A stretch of DNA of 64,000 bases from contig NC_068987.1 in the NCBI RefSeq assembly GCF_001194135.2, forward strand, positions 77,014,601 through 77,078,600, written 5' to 3'. Positions 63,781 through 64,000 of the stretch are shown here, piece after piece; position 1 is the stretch's first letter; every line of letters begins with the position of its first letter. Under the pieces are notes generated by a model, which saw nothing but the letters and a program-made list of their open reading frames with translations, searched no databases and was not told the origin of the DNA. The stretch is from Octopus bimaculoides (taxonomy: Eukaryota). Both the position numbers and the translations under genes were made by a program.

Positions 63781-64000
63781 CGTATGTATATGTGTGTGTG
63801 TGTATGTGTGTAAATGCGAACATATCTATGTGTATGTGGTGTGCATGTATGTGTTTCTTAAGTATGCGCAAATGGTATATGTATTTAAGAAAGAATGTGT
63901 AGCATGTGAATATGGCGCGTATATATTAAATGGGTTAGTTTGAGAGAAATCGAATAAACAGTCTTTTTATTTTCAATTTTTTTTTCAAAGGTAATTTCTT

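Overview
This is eukaryotic, AT-rich, repeat-saturated draft scaffold sequence with about 19 N-gaps totalling roughly 6 kb. Its SINE families and microsatellite density suggest a cephalopod (Octopus-like) genome; that is inferred from sequence memory, not a search. I cannot support any complete protein-coding gene, rRNA, true tRNA or CRISPR array. Nearly all ORFs in the supplied track are microsatellite or N-gap artefacts. The window contains five recurring SINE-like families: a CORE-SINE, a tRNA-head SINE-A, a (GAT)n-tailed SINE-C, an (AAC)n-tailed repeat D and a V-domain-like SINE. It also contains decayed R4-clade (restriction-like endonuclease), RTE-like and CR1/L2-group LINE fragments, a hAT transposase relic, MITE/foldback elements, Penelope-type repeats with hammerhead-ribozyme folds, and several minisatellites. 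A few unique-sequence candidate exons exist; the best is a plus-strand signal-peptide-like exon at 41617-41726. The most notable observations are: (1) two hammerhead-bearing repeat families; (2) a SINE trimer bounded by one 16-bp TSD and a recurrent dimeric SINE junction; (3) R4-type LINE junctions at (AAT)n tracts; (4) a LINE and SINE sharing a 3' tail with a covarying hairpin; (5) a CpG-decayed domain in the first ~20 kb; (6) a speculative prepro-peptide gene model. SINE boundaries are approximate (about +/-20 nt).
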